NCBI GenBank assembly: GCA_043804695.1
Contig: JAZDIV010000143.1
Coordinates: 1-28,907, forward strand
DNA length: 28,907 bases
Reading direction: 5' to 3'
DNA from: PVC group bacterium
GTDB lineage: Bacteria > Auribacterota > Erginobacteria > Erginobacterales > Erginobacteraceae
This document shows positions 1-8,724 of the stretch, one piece after another. Made by a program: the position numbers and the translations under genes. The notes below the pieces were generated by a model. It saw only the letters and a list, made by a program, of their open reading frames with translations, ran no database searches and was not told the origin of the DNA. Position 1 is the first letter of the stretch. Each line of letters begins with the position of its first letter.

Positions 1-126
1 GAATAAAATAATTAGTTTTTTTTGATACCAAGGTCTTCCCGTTACGGTTACGGATTGTACGGTTGGATTTTAACTAATTTCCGGATCGTTATCAATCTGT
101 TTTAGATTCAGAAAGAGAAAACTTAC

Positions 127-153
127 TAAATTAGCGCCGGAGGCGCTAATTTA
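127..153. repeat. Perfect 12-bp hairpin TAAATTAGCGCC-GGA-GGCGCTAATTTA (short GCGCC-GNA-GGCGC family)
   Basis: Read directly. It overlaps the TAG stop of the antiporter gene. Related copies at 4400-4423, 11641-11658, 13555-13585 and 21886-21910. Confidence 0.8.
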
Positions 154-1963
154 TCAAGATAATCAGAAAAACAATCATCCCCAATAAACACCAGCTCAGA
201 TAGGTCGGGAGCACCCCGTCATGAAGCGTTTTCAATCCGTCGCTGATCCAAAAAGTCAGCCTGCTCCCCAGGTCATAAATATCAAAATATTTCAAGCCGG
301 CCATTTTATAAATTACCTTCAGCGGACCAAGTTCTTTGATCGTATTATAAAATTCAGTTCCGGTCACCCGGTTTTCTGTGGGCAGAAGCGGTTCACCTCC
401 GATGTAAGGCTTATCCACCCTCATCCCCTTGAGATTCCCCAGCTTATACACGACCCATCCGACAATCAGACCGACCGCGATCATCCCGGTAGCTAAACCG
501 GGGCGCCACCCGCCGAGCCAGGCGCCCGCTGTCTCCAATCCCGGAACCGAGCCGGCGAGGAACACTTTAATCGGCAGATAGAATGCAAAAACTCCCATCA
601 CGACGCAGAGGAGAGCCAGAACAGCCATCGGCGCCCACATTACCCAGGAGACTTCGTCTTTCGATCCCTGATTGTCCCCTTTACCGAGAAAGATCGCGTA
701 GAGAAGCTTCATGAAGCTGGCCAGAGTGAGGGCGGAGCCGAACATGGCTGCCAGCAGCCAAACCACCCAGAGCCGGGCGCCCAGACCGGTCCCTTTCTCC
801 CCCATCTCGATCAATCCCTGATACACCATCCATTTTGAAACGAAACCGTTTAGAGGGGGTATCCCGGAGATAGCCAGCGCCGCTATAAGAAAAAAGATGA
901 AGGTCAAAGGCATAATCTTGACCAGGCCCCCTAACTTATCCAGATCGGTGGTGCCCTTCCGCTTCTCCACCGCGCCGACGGCCAGGAACAGCCCCTGCTT
1001 GTAAACAGCGTTGTTGAGCATGTGGAACAGTCCCCCCGCTATCCCTATCACCGTCCCGGTCCCGATTCCCAGAATCATGTACCCGGCCTGTGATACGGCG
1101 TGGAAACCAAGCAGCCGCTTGGCGTCATGCTGTATCAGAGCCATCATAACCGCGGCGACAATGGTAACGGCACCGATGAGCATGAGGGCAAACCGGGCCC
1201 CGGAAGTAATCTGAAAGAGGTCAAGGCATATCCGGGCCAGCAGATAGATACCGAGCAGTTTATCCAGTGAAGCCGGCAGGAAGGCGGCCACCGGGACCGG
1301 GGCCTTTTCTGCAGTGACGGGGAGCCAGGTATGAAAAGGCATCGCCCCCACCTTGGCCAGAGCGGCAATCAGAAACGAGGAGAAGGCCAGAGCAGCGGCC
1401 CCGCCCCGGAGAGGAATCAGCATCTTCTCACCGATCCCCCAGCGCCCGGTCAGAGACCAGACGATAACAATGCCGAGCAGAAGGAGCGCGTCCGAGCCGC
1501 CGACGATGATGAAGGCCTTCTTGGCGGCGGGCGCGGCCGCAGGCCCCCCCAAACCGATCAGGAGGTAGAGCGTGATCCCCAGTATCCCCCAGAAAATCAG
1601 GAGCAGAAGCAGATGGGAAGCCAGCAGCGCCCCGTAAGCGGCCCCCAGGGTAAAGAGGGTAAAGGCGTAGTACTCCTTTAAACACGATTTCCCGGCCATG
1701 AAGCGGAGGGAGTACAGCATGATCAGGAAGCCGAACAACCCTACCCCCAGCAGGATGAAGGCGCTCAAGCTGTCCAGCCGGAGGAGAGGTATCCCGGAGA
1801 ACGACCACTGCAGCGGTTTCCGGAGAAAGAGAAGAATCGTCAGGACGAAGGTGATCCCCGCGCCGAGCAGGGCGAGCCCCTCCTTCAGCCCCTTGATCCG
1901 AGCCGGGAGGAGAAGAATTATTACGCCGGCAATGAACGGTATTGTTATTAGCCAGATCATCAT
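146..1963 (-). CDS. Antiporter-like membrane subunit of an energy-converting hydrogenase complex (NuoL/MrpA-D/HyfB-like, Proton_antipo_M)
   Basis: Very hydrophobic ~605 aa protein with motifs AKVGAMPFHTWLP, AKRLLGFHAVSQAGY, GGLFHMLNNAVYKQGLFL and AISGIPPLNGFVSKW. Start placed at ATG 1963 (or 1960) because the upstream TTG lies in repeat DNA. Confidence 0.9.
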   Translation of the reverse strand: MMIWLITIPFIAGVIILLLPARIKGLKEGLALLGAGITFVLTILLFLRKPLQWSFSGIPLLRLDSLSAFILLGVGLFGFLIMLYSLRFMAGKSCLKEYYAFTLFTLGAAYGALLASHLLLLLIFWGILGITLYLLIGLGGPAAAPAAKKAFIIVGGSDALLLLGIVIVWSLTGRWGIGEKMLIPLRGGAAALAFSSFLIAALAKVGAMPFHTWLPVTAEKAPVPVAAFLPASLDKLLGIYLLARICLDLFQITSGARFALMLIGAVTIVAAVMMALIQHDAKRLLGFHAVSQAGYMILGIGTGTVIGIAGGLFHMLNNAVYKQGLFLAVGAVEKRKGTTDLDKLGGLVKIMPLTFIFFLIAALAISGIPPLNGFVSKWMVYQGLIEMGEKGTGLGARLWVVWLLAAMFGSALTLASFMKLLYAIFLGKGDNQGSKDEVSWVMWAPMAVLALLCVVMGVFAFYLPIKVFLAGSVPGLETAGAWLGGWRPGLATGMIAVGLIVGWVVYKLGNLKGMRVDKPYIGGEPLLPTENRVTGTEFYNTIKELGPLKVIYKMAGLKYFDIYDLGSRLTFWISDGLKTLHDGVLPTYLSWCLLGMIVFLIILIN

Positions 1964-1996
1964 TTTGCGTGGTTCCGATGGCAGCCCCAACCTTTA

Positions 1997-2127
1997 GAGG
2001 CTGTCCAATAAGTCCTGAATAGTCATTGCGAGCGACGAAGGAGCGAAGCAATCCCTAATCTTAATCACAACTGGATCATACTTAAATTAGGATGAGATTG
2101 CTTCGTCGCTGTACTCCTCGCAATGAC
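1997..2127. mobile_element. Palindromic GTCATTGCGAG...CTCGCAATGAC element with MITE-like left end (copy 1)
   Basis: Core palindrome at 2022-2127, preceded by TTTA-GAGGCTGTCC as in the copy at 11679. The right end is only a degenerate match near 2159-2170. Confidence 0.7.
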
Positions 2128-2180
2128 GTGGTTTTGCACTTTAATCTTTGGTCTTTGAGACGCAGCACTCGCGCAAGGCA

Positions 2181-3398
2181 CTAAGTTTTTAACTTCCTCA
2201 AAGTACTCTCCGGTTCAACTCCTAACTCTCGAGCCACATGCAACGTTTTTTCCCGGGACAACCGCAGCAGGTCCTGGGAATTCAGGGTAGCCGTACCCGT
2301 ACCATCCCGGGCCACCGCCATTCTCTCGGTACAGCAGTAGCAGGGATCGACGGCCGCCAGGATAATGGTGGCGTCGGAGACCGTCTCCCCGCGAACGGCG
2401 ATGTAATTGGTGGGAAGGTTCATATAACTGGGGGCCCGGACTTTGTAGCGGACCGGGCACGAGCTCCCGTCGCTTAAAATGTAATGAAAAACCTCTCCCC
2501 GGGGAGCCTCATGACGGCCGATGCCTTCTCCGGGAGGGAGTTCCTTCACGCGGAGATCGAATTCCCCGGGCGGCAGATCTTTCAGGCATTGTTCGATGAT
2601 CTTCATCGACTCATACATCTCCAGAATCCTGACCACGGCCTTATCGAAAACATCACCGTTCTCGGTCACGATCACCTGCCAGTCGACCCGGTCGTAGGCG
2701 GCATAGGGGTCATCGCGGCGCACATCGATATCCACACCGGAAGCACGGGCGGTCGGTCCCAGGGCACCGGTCTTGATGATGTCCTCCTTCGTCAATATCC
2801 CCACCCCTACCAGACGCGCGTGCAGAACGGGATCATCGAGAGCGGCCCCCTTGAACATATCCAGTATCGGCTTCAGGCTGTCCAGCGTTTTGAGGATCCA
2901 GGGGATGTCATCATTGTCTATGTTCCTCCTTACCCCTCCGACCTTCATCATCGCGTAGTGGTTCCGGTTGCCGGTTACCTTCTCCAGAATGTCCAGTATC
3001 GGCTCCCGGTACTTCCAGGCCCACATCCAGAGAGTGTTGTAACCGAGGAAGTGCCCTGCCAGTCCCACCCAGAGGAGGTGGCTGTGCAGCCGCTCCAGCT
3101 CCCCGATGATGGTGCGGATGTAAAGAGCCCGCTCCGGAGCCCGGATCCCGGCCAGGTCTTCCATCGCGTTCACCGAAGCAATCGGATGACTGGTCGAGCA
3201 GATTCCACAGATCCGCTCTACCAGGAAAACCACCTGGTCAAAGGTCTTAGACTCGGCCAGTTTCTCGATACCCCGGTGGTTGTAACCGATGTGGATATCG
3301 AGCTTCTCCACCCGCTCCCCTTCCACATGAAGCTCGAAGAACTCCGGCTCCTCCTGGAGGGGATGGTAGGGGCCGATTGGTATGATTGTTTTAGCCAT
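2181..3398 (-). CDS. Group 4 [NiFe]-hydrogenase large subunit (HycE/EchE/MbhL-like)
   Basis: L1 motif ERICGICSTSH, L2 motif DPCYCCTER, plus GYNHRGIEK and EAPRGE. All four Ni-binding Cys are present, and there is a C-terminal extension after the Arg. Confidence 0.93.
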   Translation of the reverse strand: MAKTIIPIGPYHPLQEEPEFFELHVEGERVEKLDIHIGYNHRGIEKLAESKTFDQVVFLVERICGICSTSHPIASVNAMEDLAGIRAPERALYIRTIIGELERLHSHLLWVGLAGHFLGYNTLWMWAWKYREPILDILEKVTGNRNHYAMMKVGGVRRNIDNDDIPWILKTLDSLKPILDMFKGAALDDPVLHARLVGVGILTKEDIIKTGALGPTARASGVDIDVRRDDPYAAYDRVDWQVIVTENGDVFDKAVVRILEMYESMKIIEQCLKDLPPGEFDLRVKELPPGEGIGRHEAPRGEVFHYILSDGSSCPVRYKVRAPSYMNLPTNYIAVRGETVSDATIILAAVDPCYCCTERMAVARDGTGTATLNSQDLLRLSREKTLHVARELGVEPESTLRKLKT

Positions 3399-3419
3399 TA
3401 TCTTATTTATTCTTTATCC

Positions 3420-3445
3420 GGGCGAACACGGGGGTTCGCCCCTAC
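3420..3445 (-). repeat. GTAG-type REP palindrome
   Basis: Minus strand reads GTAG-GGGCGAAC-loop-GTTCGCCC. Confidence 0.7.
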
Positions 3446-3450
3446 GAATT

Positions 3451-3490
3451 GTTCAACGTTCGAAGTTGGACGTTGAACGTTCGACGTTCA
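3451..3490. repeat. Heptamer tandem repeat (GTTCRAC/GTTGRAC)n
   Basis: gttcaac gttcgaa gttggac gttgaac gttcgac gttca. The same family occurs at 5499-5517, 5568-5579 and 15054-15093. Confidence 0.8.
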
Positions 3491-3949
3491 TTCTTTTATT
3501 CTGTTCCCTTCCTTCCCATAATCCTTCCTTAAAGGATAGACACCTTCCGGCCACTCTTCATCGAGCAGCAGCCGCTGCAGATCGGGGCGGCCCTTAAACG
3601 TAATCCCGAACAACTCGCCCATTTCCCGTTCGATCCAGTTCGCGGCCGGTACGAGATCTGAGATAGAATCGACTTCGGGGTTTTCTTTTCCCAGCCTGAC
3701 CCGGAGGGAAAGAATTACTCCGGTCCCGTCGAAAGAAAAATGATAGAGGATCTGGAACCCTTCCAGGGTTTGAACCGCGGAGGCGATAGCAAACCGGGCA
3801 CCCATTTGATGAAAGACTTCTCCGGCCACCTCTCTCAAGGCCGCGGGCTTGACCTCGAGGTAAACCCGCTGCGGGTTCTTCTCCGCCCAACTCACAATCT
3901 CATCTAAAAACTTCAAATCAAGCGCTTCTTTCAGTTCCGGAATATTCAT
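3488..3949 (-). CDS. NuoC-like subunit of the hydrogenase complex (MbhK/EchD-like, Complex1_30kDa)
   Basis: Motif PAANWIEREMGELFGITFKGRPDLQRLLL...YPLRKD; operon context. Confidence 0.9.
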   Translation of the reverse strand: MNIPELKEALDLKFLDEIVSWAEKNPQRVYLEVKPAALREVAGEVFHQMGARFAIASAVQTLEGFQILYHFSFDGTGVILSLRVRLGKENPEVDSISDLVPAANWIEREMGELFGITFKGRPDLQRLLLDEEWPEGVYPLRKDYGKEGNRIKE

Positions 3950-3961
3950 TAACGCCTTCGT

Positions 3962-4396
3962 CTATTTCTTGCTGAGTTTTTCCTTCATCACTTCCAGTGC
4001 TTTTACCAATCCCAGGATCATCGCTTCCGGCTTGGGCGGACAGCCCGGAACATAAACATCGACCGGCAGATAATGGTCGACCGGTTCGGGAGCGTTGTAA
4101 CTGCCGTAAAAAATCCCCTGTCCCATGGAACATGCCCCCATGGCGACCACCGCACAGGGTTTGGCCATCGATTTGTAGACTTCCATGGCTCGGGGCATCG
4201 CTTTGCGGGTCATCGCCCCCGTTACCAGGAGAACATCCGCGTGCCGGGGGCTTCCTACCAGCAGGACACCGAACCGCTCCGCGTCAAACCGGGGGGTCAG
4301 GACATCCAGTATCTCAATGTCACAGTTGTTGCAGGACCCGGTACTGAGATGAAAGACCCAGGGAGACTTCAATAAAGCTTTCTGTTTCAGGTTCAC
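3962..4396 (-). CDS. Hydrogenase small subunit (NuoB/HycG/EchC-like)
   Basis: GSCNNCDIE, SPRHADVLLVTG, GAC and YVPGCPPKPE [4Fe-4S] motifs; GTG start. Confidence 0.92.
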   Translation of the reverse strand: MNLKQKALLKSPWVFHLSTGSCNNCDIEILDVLTPRFDAERFGVLLVGSPRHADVLLVTGAMTRKAMPRAMEVYKSMAKPCAVVAMGACSMGQGIFYGSYNAPEPVDHYLPVDVYVPGCPPKPEAMILGLVKALEVMKEKLSKK

Positions 4397-4453
4397 TTTT
4401 AAATTAGCTCCGTCGCTAATTTATATTCTTATTTTTCGCAGAAAAATAAGAGT

Positions 4454-5386
4454 TTATAATCCAATTAGTGCTAACACCATTGCAATAACCGAGATTGCAA
4501 AGACCGGTCCCCAGAAAAATTTCACTGCCTGATCTATCCGGACCCGGGGATTGGTGTTTCTGATCAAGACAACGAGAACCAGAATCAAAACATATTTCAA
4601 GATCCCGGTCACGATGTGCCAGCCGGAGAAGTCTATCCCTCCCATGAAGACAACCACCAGGAACATCGGCATCACGAAGAGCATCATCAGCCTGGTGAGC
4701 CTGTAGACGGCCAGTGGTGGTCCGGAATACTCCAGGTAGGGACCGGAGACGATCTCGGTTTCCGCCTCCGGGATATCGAAGGGAACCAGCGTCAGCTTGG
4801 CCTGCTGGCAGAGCAGGGCGACGATGAAAGCCAGTATTCCTGACAAGCTCCCCAGGAACATCCCGTTCTGGGCCTGGTAGAGGAGGAGCCCCCCGATCTT
4901 GATCAAACCGGACCGGGCCACCGGGACCAGGACGGCCAGGACAAAAGGCAGTTCGTAAGCCAGCATCAGCTTCATTTCCCTGCTGGCACCGAGGGCTGAC
5001 AGCGGATTCCGGGACGCGAATCCCCCGATGATTACCGCTACCGCCGGTATCGCAAGCAGGTACAGAACAACAATCAGATCCCCGACGAAGAGGCCGGACG
5101 GGGTCAGGTCGCTCAGCCAGAGGATCATCGAGACGATCACCACCGCCCCCATCCCGAAGAGGGGGGAGAGCAGGAAGACGATCTTCGAACTGCCGGATGG
5201 CACGATCGTCTCCTTCCCCATCAGCTTTAAAAAATCGGCAAACGACTGATACCAGGGCGGCCCAACCCGCCACTGGACCCGGGCGGTGACTTTCCTGTCG
5301 ACCCATCCCGCCAAACAGCCGACCACGGCGGTGAAGAGAAAACCGGGGAATATTAAGAAATAAAATAGCCAGGTTAATGCATTCAT
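4454..5386 (-). CDS. NuoH-like membrane subunit (HycD/EchB/MbhM-like)
   Basis: DRKVTARVQWRVGPP, ADFLKLMGKE, PFDIPEAETEI...EYSG and NPRVRIDQ motifs. Confidence 0.92.
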   Translation of the reverse strand: MNALTWLFYFLIFPGFLFTAVVGCLAGWVDRKVTARVQWRVGPPWYQSFADFLKLMGKETIVPSGSSKIVFLLSPLFGMGAVVIVSMILWLSDLTPSGLFVGDLIVVLYLLAIPAVAVIIGGFASRNPLSALGASREMKLMLAYELPFVLAVLVPVARSGLIKIGGLLLYQAQNGMFLGSLSGILAFIVALLCQQAKLTLVPFDIPEAETEIVSGPYLEYSGPPLAVYRLTRLMMLFVMPMFLVVVFMGGIDFSGWHIVTGILKYVLILVLVVLIRNTNPRVRIDQAVKFFWGPVFAISVIAMVLALIGL

Positions 5387-5591
5387 GATTCGCTTTTCAG
5401 ACGACGTTCAATTATCTCCCCCCAACCTCGCCCCCCGGTAAAAACAGACGATTGAATGTGATTGAATATGAAAGCTCCCTCCACCTCGCCCCCTTTTCGT
5501 TCGATGTTCGATGTTCAGTTTTTAACTTTAGGCACTTTACACTTTAGGCACTTCAGGCACTTCTGCTGTTGAACGTTCATTCTTTTATATG

Positions 5592-6071
5592 TCAGGTTTC
5601 CCCCGTTTTCCAGGCAATCGCTTTCACCAGCAGATGGTCGTTGACCTGATAGATCCCCTCTTCCTCATTCTCCTCGAAATCGCCGAAAAGGATTGCCCCT
5701 TTCGGGGCGCGGCGCGAGCAGAGCGGTACTTCATCCTCCCCGAGGCGCCCCAGGCAGTAGTCACAGACGGGGGTTTTGTACGGTATGTACTCGGGGATGA
5801 TTGTCCCGAAGGGACAGGCGGCGGCGCAAGAGTAACAGTTCGAACAGCGCAGTACATACCGCCTGACCACCTCGTTCTCCTCCTTCTCCAGCGCCTCCTG
5901 GGGGCAGGCCTGCACGCAGGTACCAAGTTCGCAGTGACGGCAGATCAGGAAGAATGTCGCCTTCTCGATCAGGTCGATCACTCCCCGGTTATCCGGGTGA
6001 TCGATGTAGGAGCAGTCGATGGCCGCCGGATCAACCGCTCGTAAAGCCTCAAGATCTATGAGAAGTTTCAT
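5592..6071 (-). CDS. Multi-[4Fe-4S] ferredoxin-like electron-transfer subunit (HydN/CooF/DmsB-like)
   Basis: CRHCELGTCVQACP, CSNCYSCAAACP and CDYC...PLC motifs. Confidence 0.85.
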   Translation of the reverse strand: MKLLIDLEALRAVDPAAIDCSYIDHPDNRGVIDLIEKATFFLICRHCELGTCVQACPQEALEKEENEVVRRYVLRCSNCYSCAAACPFGTIIPEYIPYKTPVCDYCLGRLGEDEVPLCSRRAPKGAILFGDFEENEEEGIYQVNDHLLVKAIAWKTGET

Positions 6072-6094
6072 CTTTTACTTCGCTTGCTTTTACA

Positions 6095-6320
6095 CCCCTG
6101 CCACTTTATGTGGCAGGTGAATCAGTTCATAAGCTATCTTTAGGTCATATTCAACCGATAAGGCCCCCGTGACTTTATGTCACGGGTGAATAAGTTCACC
6201 AGCTAATCCCAATTGAACTTTCTCCCCTGCCGCATAAAGCGGCAGGGGCCGATTTTTCTTTGATGCCGAAAGTTAGCCATTGAACTTACACTCCGGTGAG
6301 ATGAACTCACCGGGGGTGTA
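6095..6320. repeat. Cluster of four hairpin+AAGTTCA-tail palindromic units (two on +, two on -)
   Basis: Units at 6095-6136(+), 6163-6205(+), 6212-6249(-) and 6274-6320(-). The stems differ but stay paired, the loop is TTYAT and the tail is (A/C)AGTTCA. Confidence 0.8.
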
Positions 6321-6376
6321 ATGAACTTTTCGATTTCTACCCGCAAATCATAAAGGCCCGTTAACACCTTACACCA

Positions 6377-7207
6377 CTAATCCCAGACGCCCTCCAGATC
6401 CTTCAATTTGTCAAACGTCAGAACCGGACCGTCCTGACAGACAAAATACGGCCCCAGGCGGCAGTGGCCGCATTTCCCGATCCCGCAGCTCATGTTCTTT
6501 TCCATCGAGAGATAGATCGCCCCGGGAGGATATCCCACTTCCGCGGCCAGCTTGAAGGTGACGAACTTCATCATGATCGGCGGGCCGCAGACGACCGCCA
6601 CGCTCTCCTTGACGGTAACATCCAGGTTGTCCAGAGCAGTGGTCACCAGACCGACGTTCCCCTCCCACTGCTGTCCTTCCGGCACCTTATCCACCGTCAC
6701 CCGGATGGAGATATTTTTATGTAGGGACGGCCATTCACTGATGACCTTCTTTTTATAAATCAGGTCTTCCGGCGACCGTGCGCCGCAACAGAAGATGATT
6801 TTTTGATACGCGTCAACATCATGGGCCAGGGCGAGGAAGAGCGCCCGGAGGGGAGCCAGGCCGACCCCGCCGCCCACCAGGAGAATCTCTTTTCCCCGGT
6901 ACGTTTCCAGGGGATACTCTTTCCCGAACGGGCCCCTCAATCCCACCACCGCGCCCGGCCCCATCTCGTGAAGCCGGTCCGTCACCGCCCCTACCCGCAT
7001 GATGGTGACCTCCAGCTTCTCCTTCTCAAAGGGCGAGGAAGAAGGGGTGAAGGGGGCTTCCCCCAGCCCGGGGACGGTAATGCCGACAAACTGGCCCGCC
7101 CGGAAGGTGAACTCCTCCGCCGGTCGGAAAACAAAGGTCTTGATCGTCGGGGATTCGGTAATCACCTCCTCGATCTCGGCCGGTATCGGTTGATAGGGAT
7201 TCTTCAT
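6377..7207 (-). CDS. FAD/NAD(P)-binding oxidoreductase with [2Fe-2S] (AsrB / sulfhydrogenase gamma HydG-like)
   Basis: FRAGQFV, RGPFGK, GGGVGLAP, CGPPIMM and MSCGIGKCGHC...VC motifs. Confidence 0.9.
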   Translation of the reverse strand: MKNPYQPIPAEIEEVITESPTIKTFVFRPAEEFTFRAGQFVGITVPGLGEAPFTPSSSPFEKEKLEVTIMRVGAVTDRLHEMGPGAVVGLRGPFGKEYPLETYRGKEILLVGGGVGLAPLRALFLALAHDVDAYQKIIFCCGARSPEDLIYKKKVISEWPSLHKNISIRVTVDKVPEGQQWEGNVGLVTTALDNLDVTVKESVAVVCGPPIMMKFVTFKLAAEVGYPPGAIYLSMEKNMSCGIGKCGHCRLGPYFVCQDGPVLTFDKLKDLEGVWD

Positions 7208-7211
7208 AATT

Positions 7212-7242
7212 GTGAAAAGTGTAACGTGTAAAGTGTAAGGAT
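7212..7242. repeat. Left arm of a 31-bp inverted repeat built from GTGTAAN heptamers
   Basis: gtgaaaa gtgtaac gtgtaaa gtgtaag gat; its reverse complement matches 7645-7675 at 29/31 positions. Confidence 0.9.
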
Positions 7243-7243
7243 G

Positions 7244-7618
7244 TCAGACCTTCTTTATGAGTCCGACTATCATCTTTCCGAGGGCTACGCATTCGGCGCG
7301 CAATTCTTTCATCTTTTTATCGGTGATATTCTTGGTCTTATGAAGAACTGAAATCGAAGGGATACCTTCCCTGATCGAAGTTAATGAGTAGCCATAAAAG
7401 CGGCGTTTATCATCCTTACTCAATTTGCCGCTTCCTTCCGCTATATTATTAATAAAGGACATCGCGGCCCGGATGAAATTACCTCCTATGGTATAGCGCA
7501 GATAGGGCGGCAAATCCTTCACAACAGCGCAAACCGCACAAACAAACTCCAAGCCCTTTTGATAGACGTTCAATCTTTCAAAGTCAAAAATGTAATCCTC
7601 CTTCTCTTGTGCGCTCAT
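7244..7618 (-). CDS. Four-helix-bundle protein (23S rRNA IVS-protein / Avd-like family)
   Basis: FDFERLNVYQKG N-terminus, RAAMSFINNIAEGSGK...RFY core and GKMIVGLIK C-terminus. 124 aa, visibly more AT-rich than its neighbours. Confidence 0.88.
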   Translation of the reverse strand: MSAQEKEDYIFDFERLNVYQKGLEFVCAVCAVVKDLPPYLRYTIGGNFIRAAMSFINNIAEGSGKLSKDDKRRFYGYSLTSIREGIPSISVLHKTKNITDKKMKELRAECVALGKMIVGLIKKV

Positions 7619-7644
7619 TAAATCTTCAGCTGCTGTCCAAGCCG

Positions 7645-7675
7645 ATCCTTACACTTTACACATTACACTTTACAC
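7645..7675. repeat. Right arm of the 31-bp heptamer inverted repeat
   Basis: atcc ttacact ttacaca ttacact ttacac; it abuts the TGA stop (7676-7678) of the upstream gene. Confidence 0.9.
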
Positions 7676-8713
7676 TCAGGTCGATTTTATCCTTTTCAAA
7701 ATCGACCTGATATCAATCTTCCCCATGCAGGCCTCGAAACAGCGGCCGCAGCCCGTGCAGGCGATGACGCCGGCCACGTCGGGAAAGAACTGGAACTTCT
7801 TGGAGAAGCGATTGCTGAGACGTTGAGAACGGCGGGGCCGGGGGTTGGCGCCGCCCGCTACCCGGGGGAAGCCCGGGTACTGGCAGGAGTCCCAGTTCCG
7901 GTACTTGACCGACCCTCCGGCAGCGGCCACCTCCTCCAGAATAAAGCAGTGACAGGTGGGGCAGACCAGGTTGCAGGCCCCGCACTCGACACACGACGCC
8001 GCCTCTTCCCGCCAGAGCGGATCGGCACTCTTAGCTTTTACTTCCTCCGCGGAGGGAGCTTCCCCGATCTGCCCCTGTTCGGATAATTGTTTCCGCAACC
8101 CGGCGAGAACCTCCGACCTCCGTGTATCTCTCTCCCGGAGCTGCTCGGGCGACGGGGGGCTCAGCCTTTCCGCCTCTTCGGCGATCAAACGCTCGCCCCG
8201 TTCGCTCGCGGTCTCGAGCAGGAAGCCGTCTGCCAGCTCGCTGAGATTGAGGTCAAAATCTTCCCGCGGATAGGGCTCCCTCCCCACGATCGGGCAGAAG
8301 CAGACATCCTTGAATCTGGTACAGTCTCCGGAGACGAGGATCGTCTTCTCCGTCATCTCCATATAGAAGGGATCGGAACATTCTCCTTCCCGGAAGATGT
8401 AGTCGAGCACCGGGAGACAGGCCAGGTCACAGGCTTTCAGCCCCAGGACGATCCGCTCGCGGCCGGCCCCGAAATCATCAATCTTGGCGGGAAAACCGGC
8501 CACCGCCACCCGTTCCGGGAAGAGGAAGTTTTTCAGGGATTCCACCGCGCGGTAGGGGGAAACGGTGCTGATTTCATCACTGTCCCCGTTCCACCGGACA
8601 AACCGCCAGTCGCCGTTAATCTCCCGGGGGTAATAAAGATCGCGAGCCCGGGCCAGGCCGGAAAGAAAGCCGGCCAGAGCGTCCCGGGAAAGAAAATAGC
8701 ATTTCCGTTCCAT
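7676..8713 (-). CDS. 4Fe-4S dicluster protein, AsrA / sulfhydrogenase beta (HydB)-like
   Basis: GLKACD, C..CFC, CVECGACNLVCPTCHCF, RNWDSC and CTGCGRCFEACMGKID motifs. Confidence 0.88.
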   Translation of the reverse strand: MERKCYFLSRDALAGFLSGLARARDLYYPREINGDWRFVRWNGDSDEISTVSPYRAVESLKNFLFPERVAVAGFPAKIDDFGAGRERIVLGLKACDLACLPVLDYIFREGECSDPFYMEMTEKTILVSGDCTRFKDVCFCPIVGREPYPREDFDLNLSELADGFLLETASERGERLIAEEAERLSPPSPEQLRERDTRRSEVLAGLRKQLSEQGQIGEAPSAEEVKAKSADPLWREEAASCVECGACNLVCPTCHCFILEEVAAAGGSVKYRNWDSCQYPGFPRVAGGANPRPRRSQRLSNRFSKKFQFFPDVAGVIACTGCGRCFEACMGKIDIRSILKRIKST

Positions 8714-8724
8714 GACGGTGACTC

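Noticed and set aside
146..5386. Respiratory complex I (nuo) operon
   Set aside because: The large subunit keeps both NiFe CxxC motifs, the gene order is not nuo-like and there is no nuoEFG.
6095..6320. Possible CRISPR array
   Set aside because: Units differ in stem sequence, switch orientation and have irregular spacing; there are no cas genes in the window.
7244..7618. Diversity-generating retroelement (Avd-like gene)
   Set aside because: No reverse transcriptase and no template/variable repeat pair with adenine-specific differences was seen in the window.
6377..8713. Anaerobic sulfite reductase asrABC
   Set aside because: There is no siroheme AsrC subunit here and the context is a hydrogenase.
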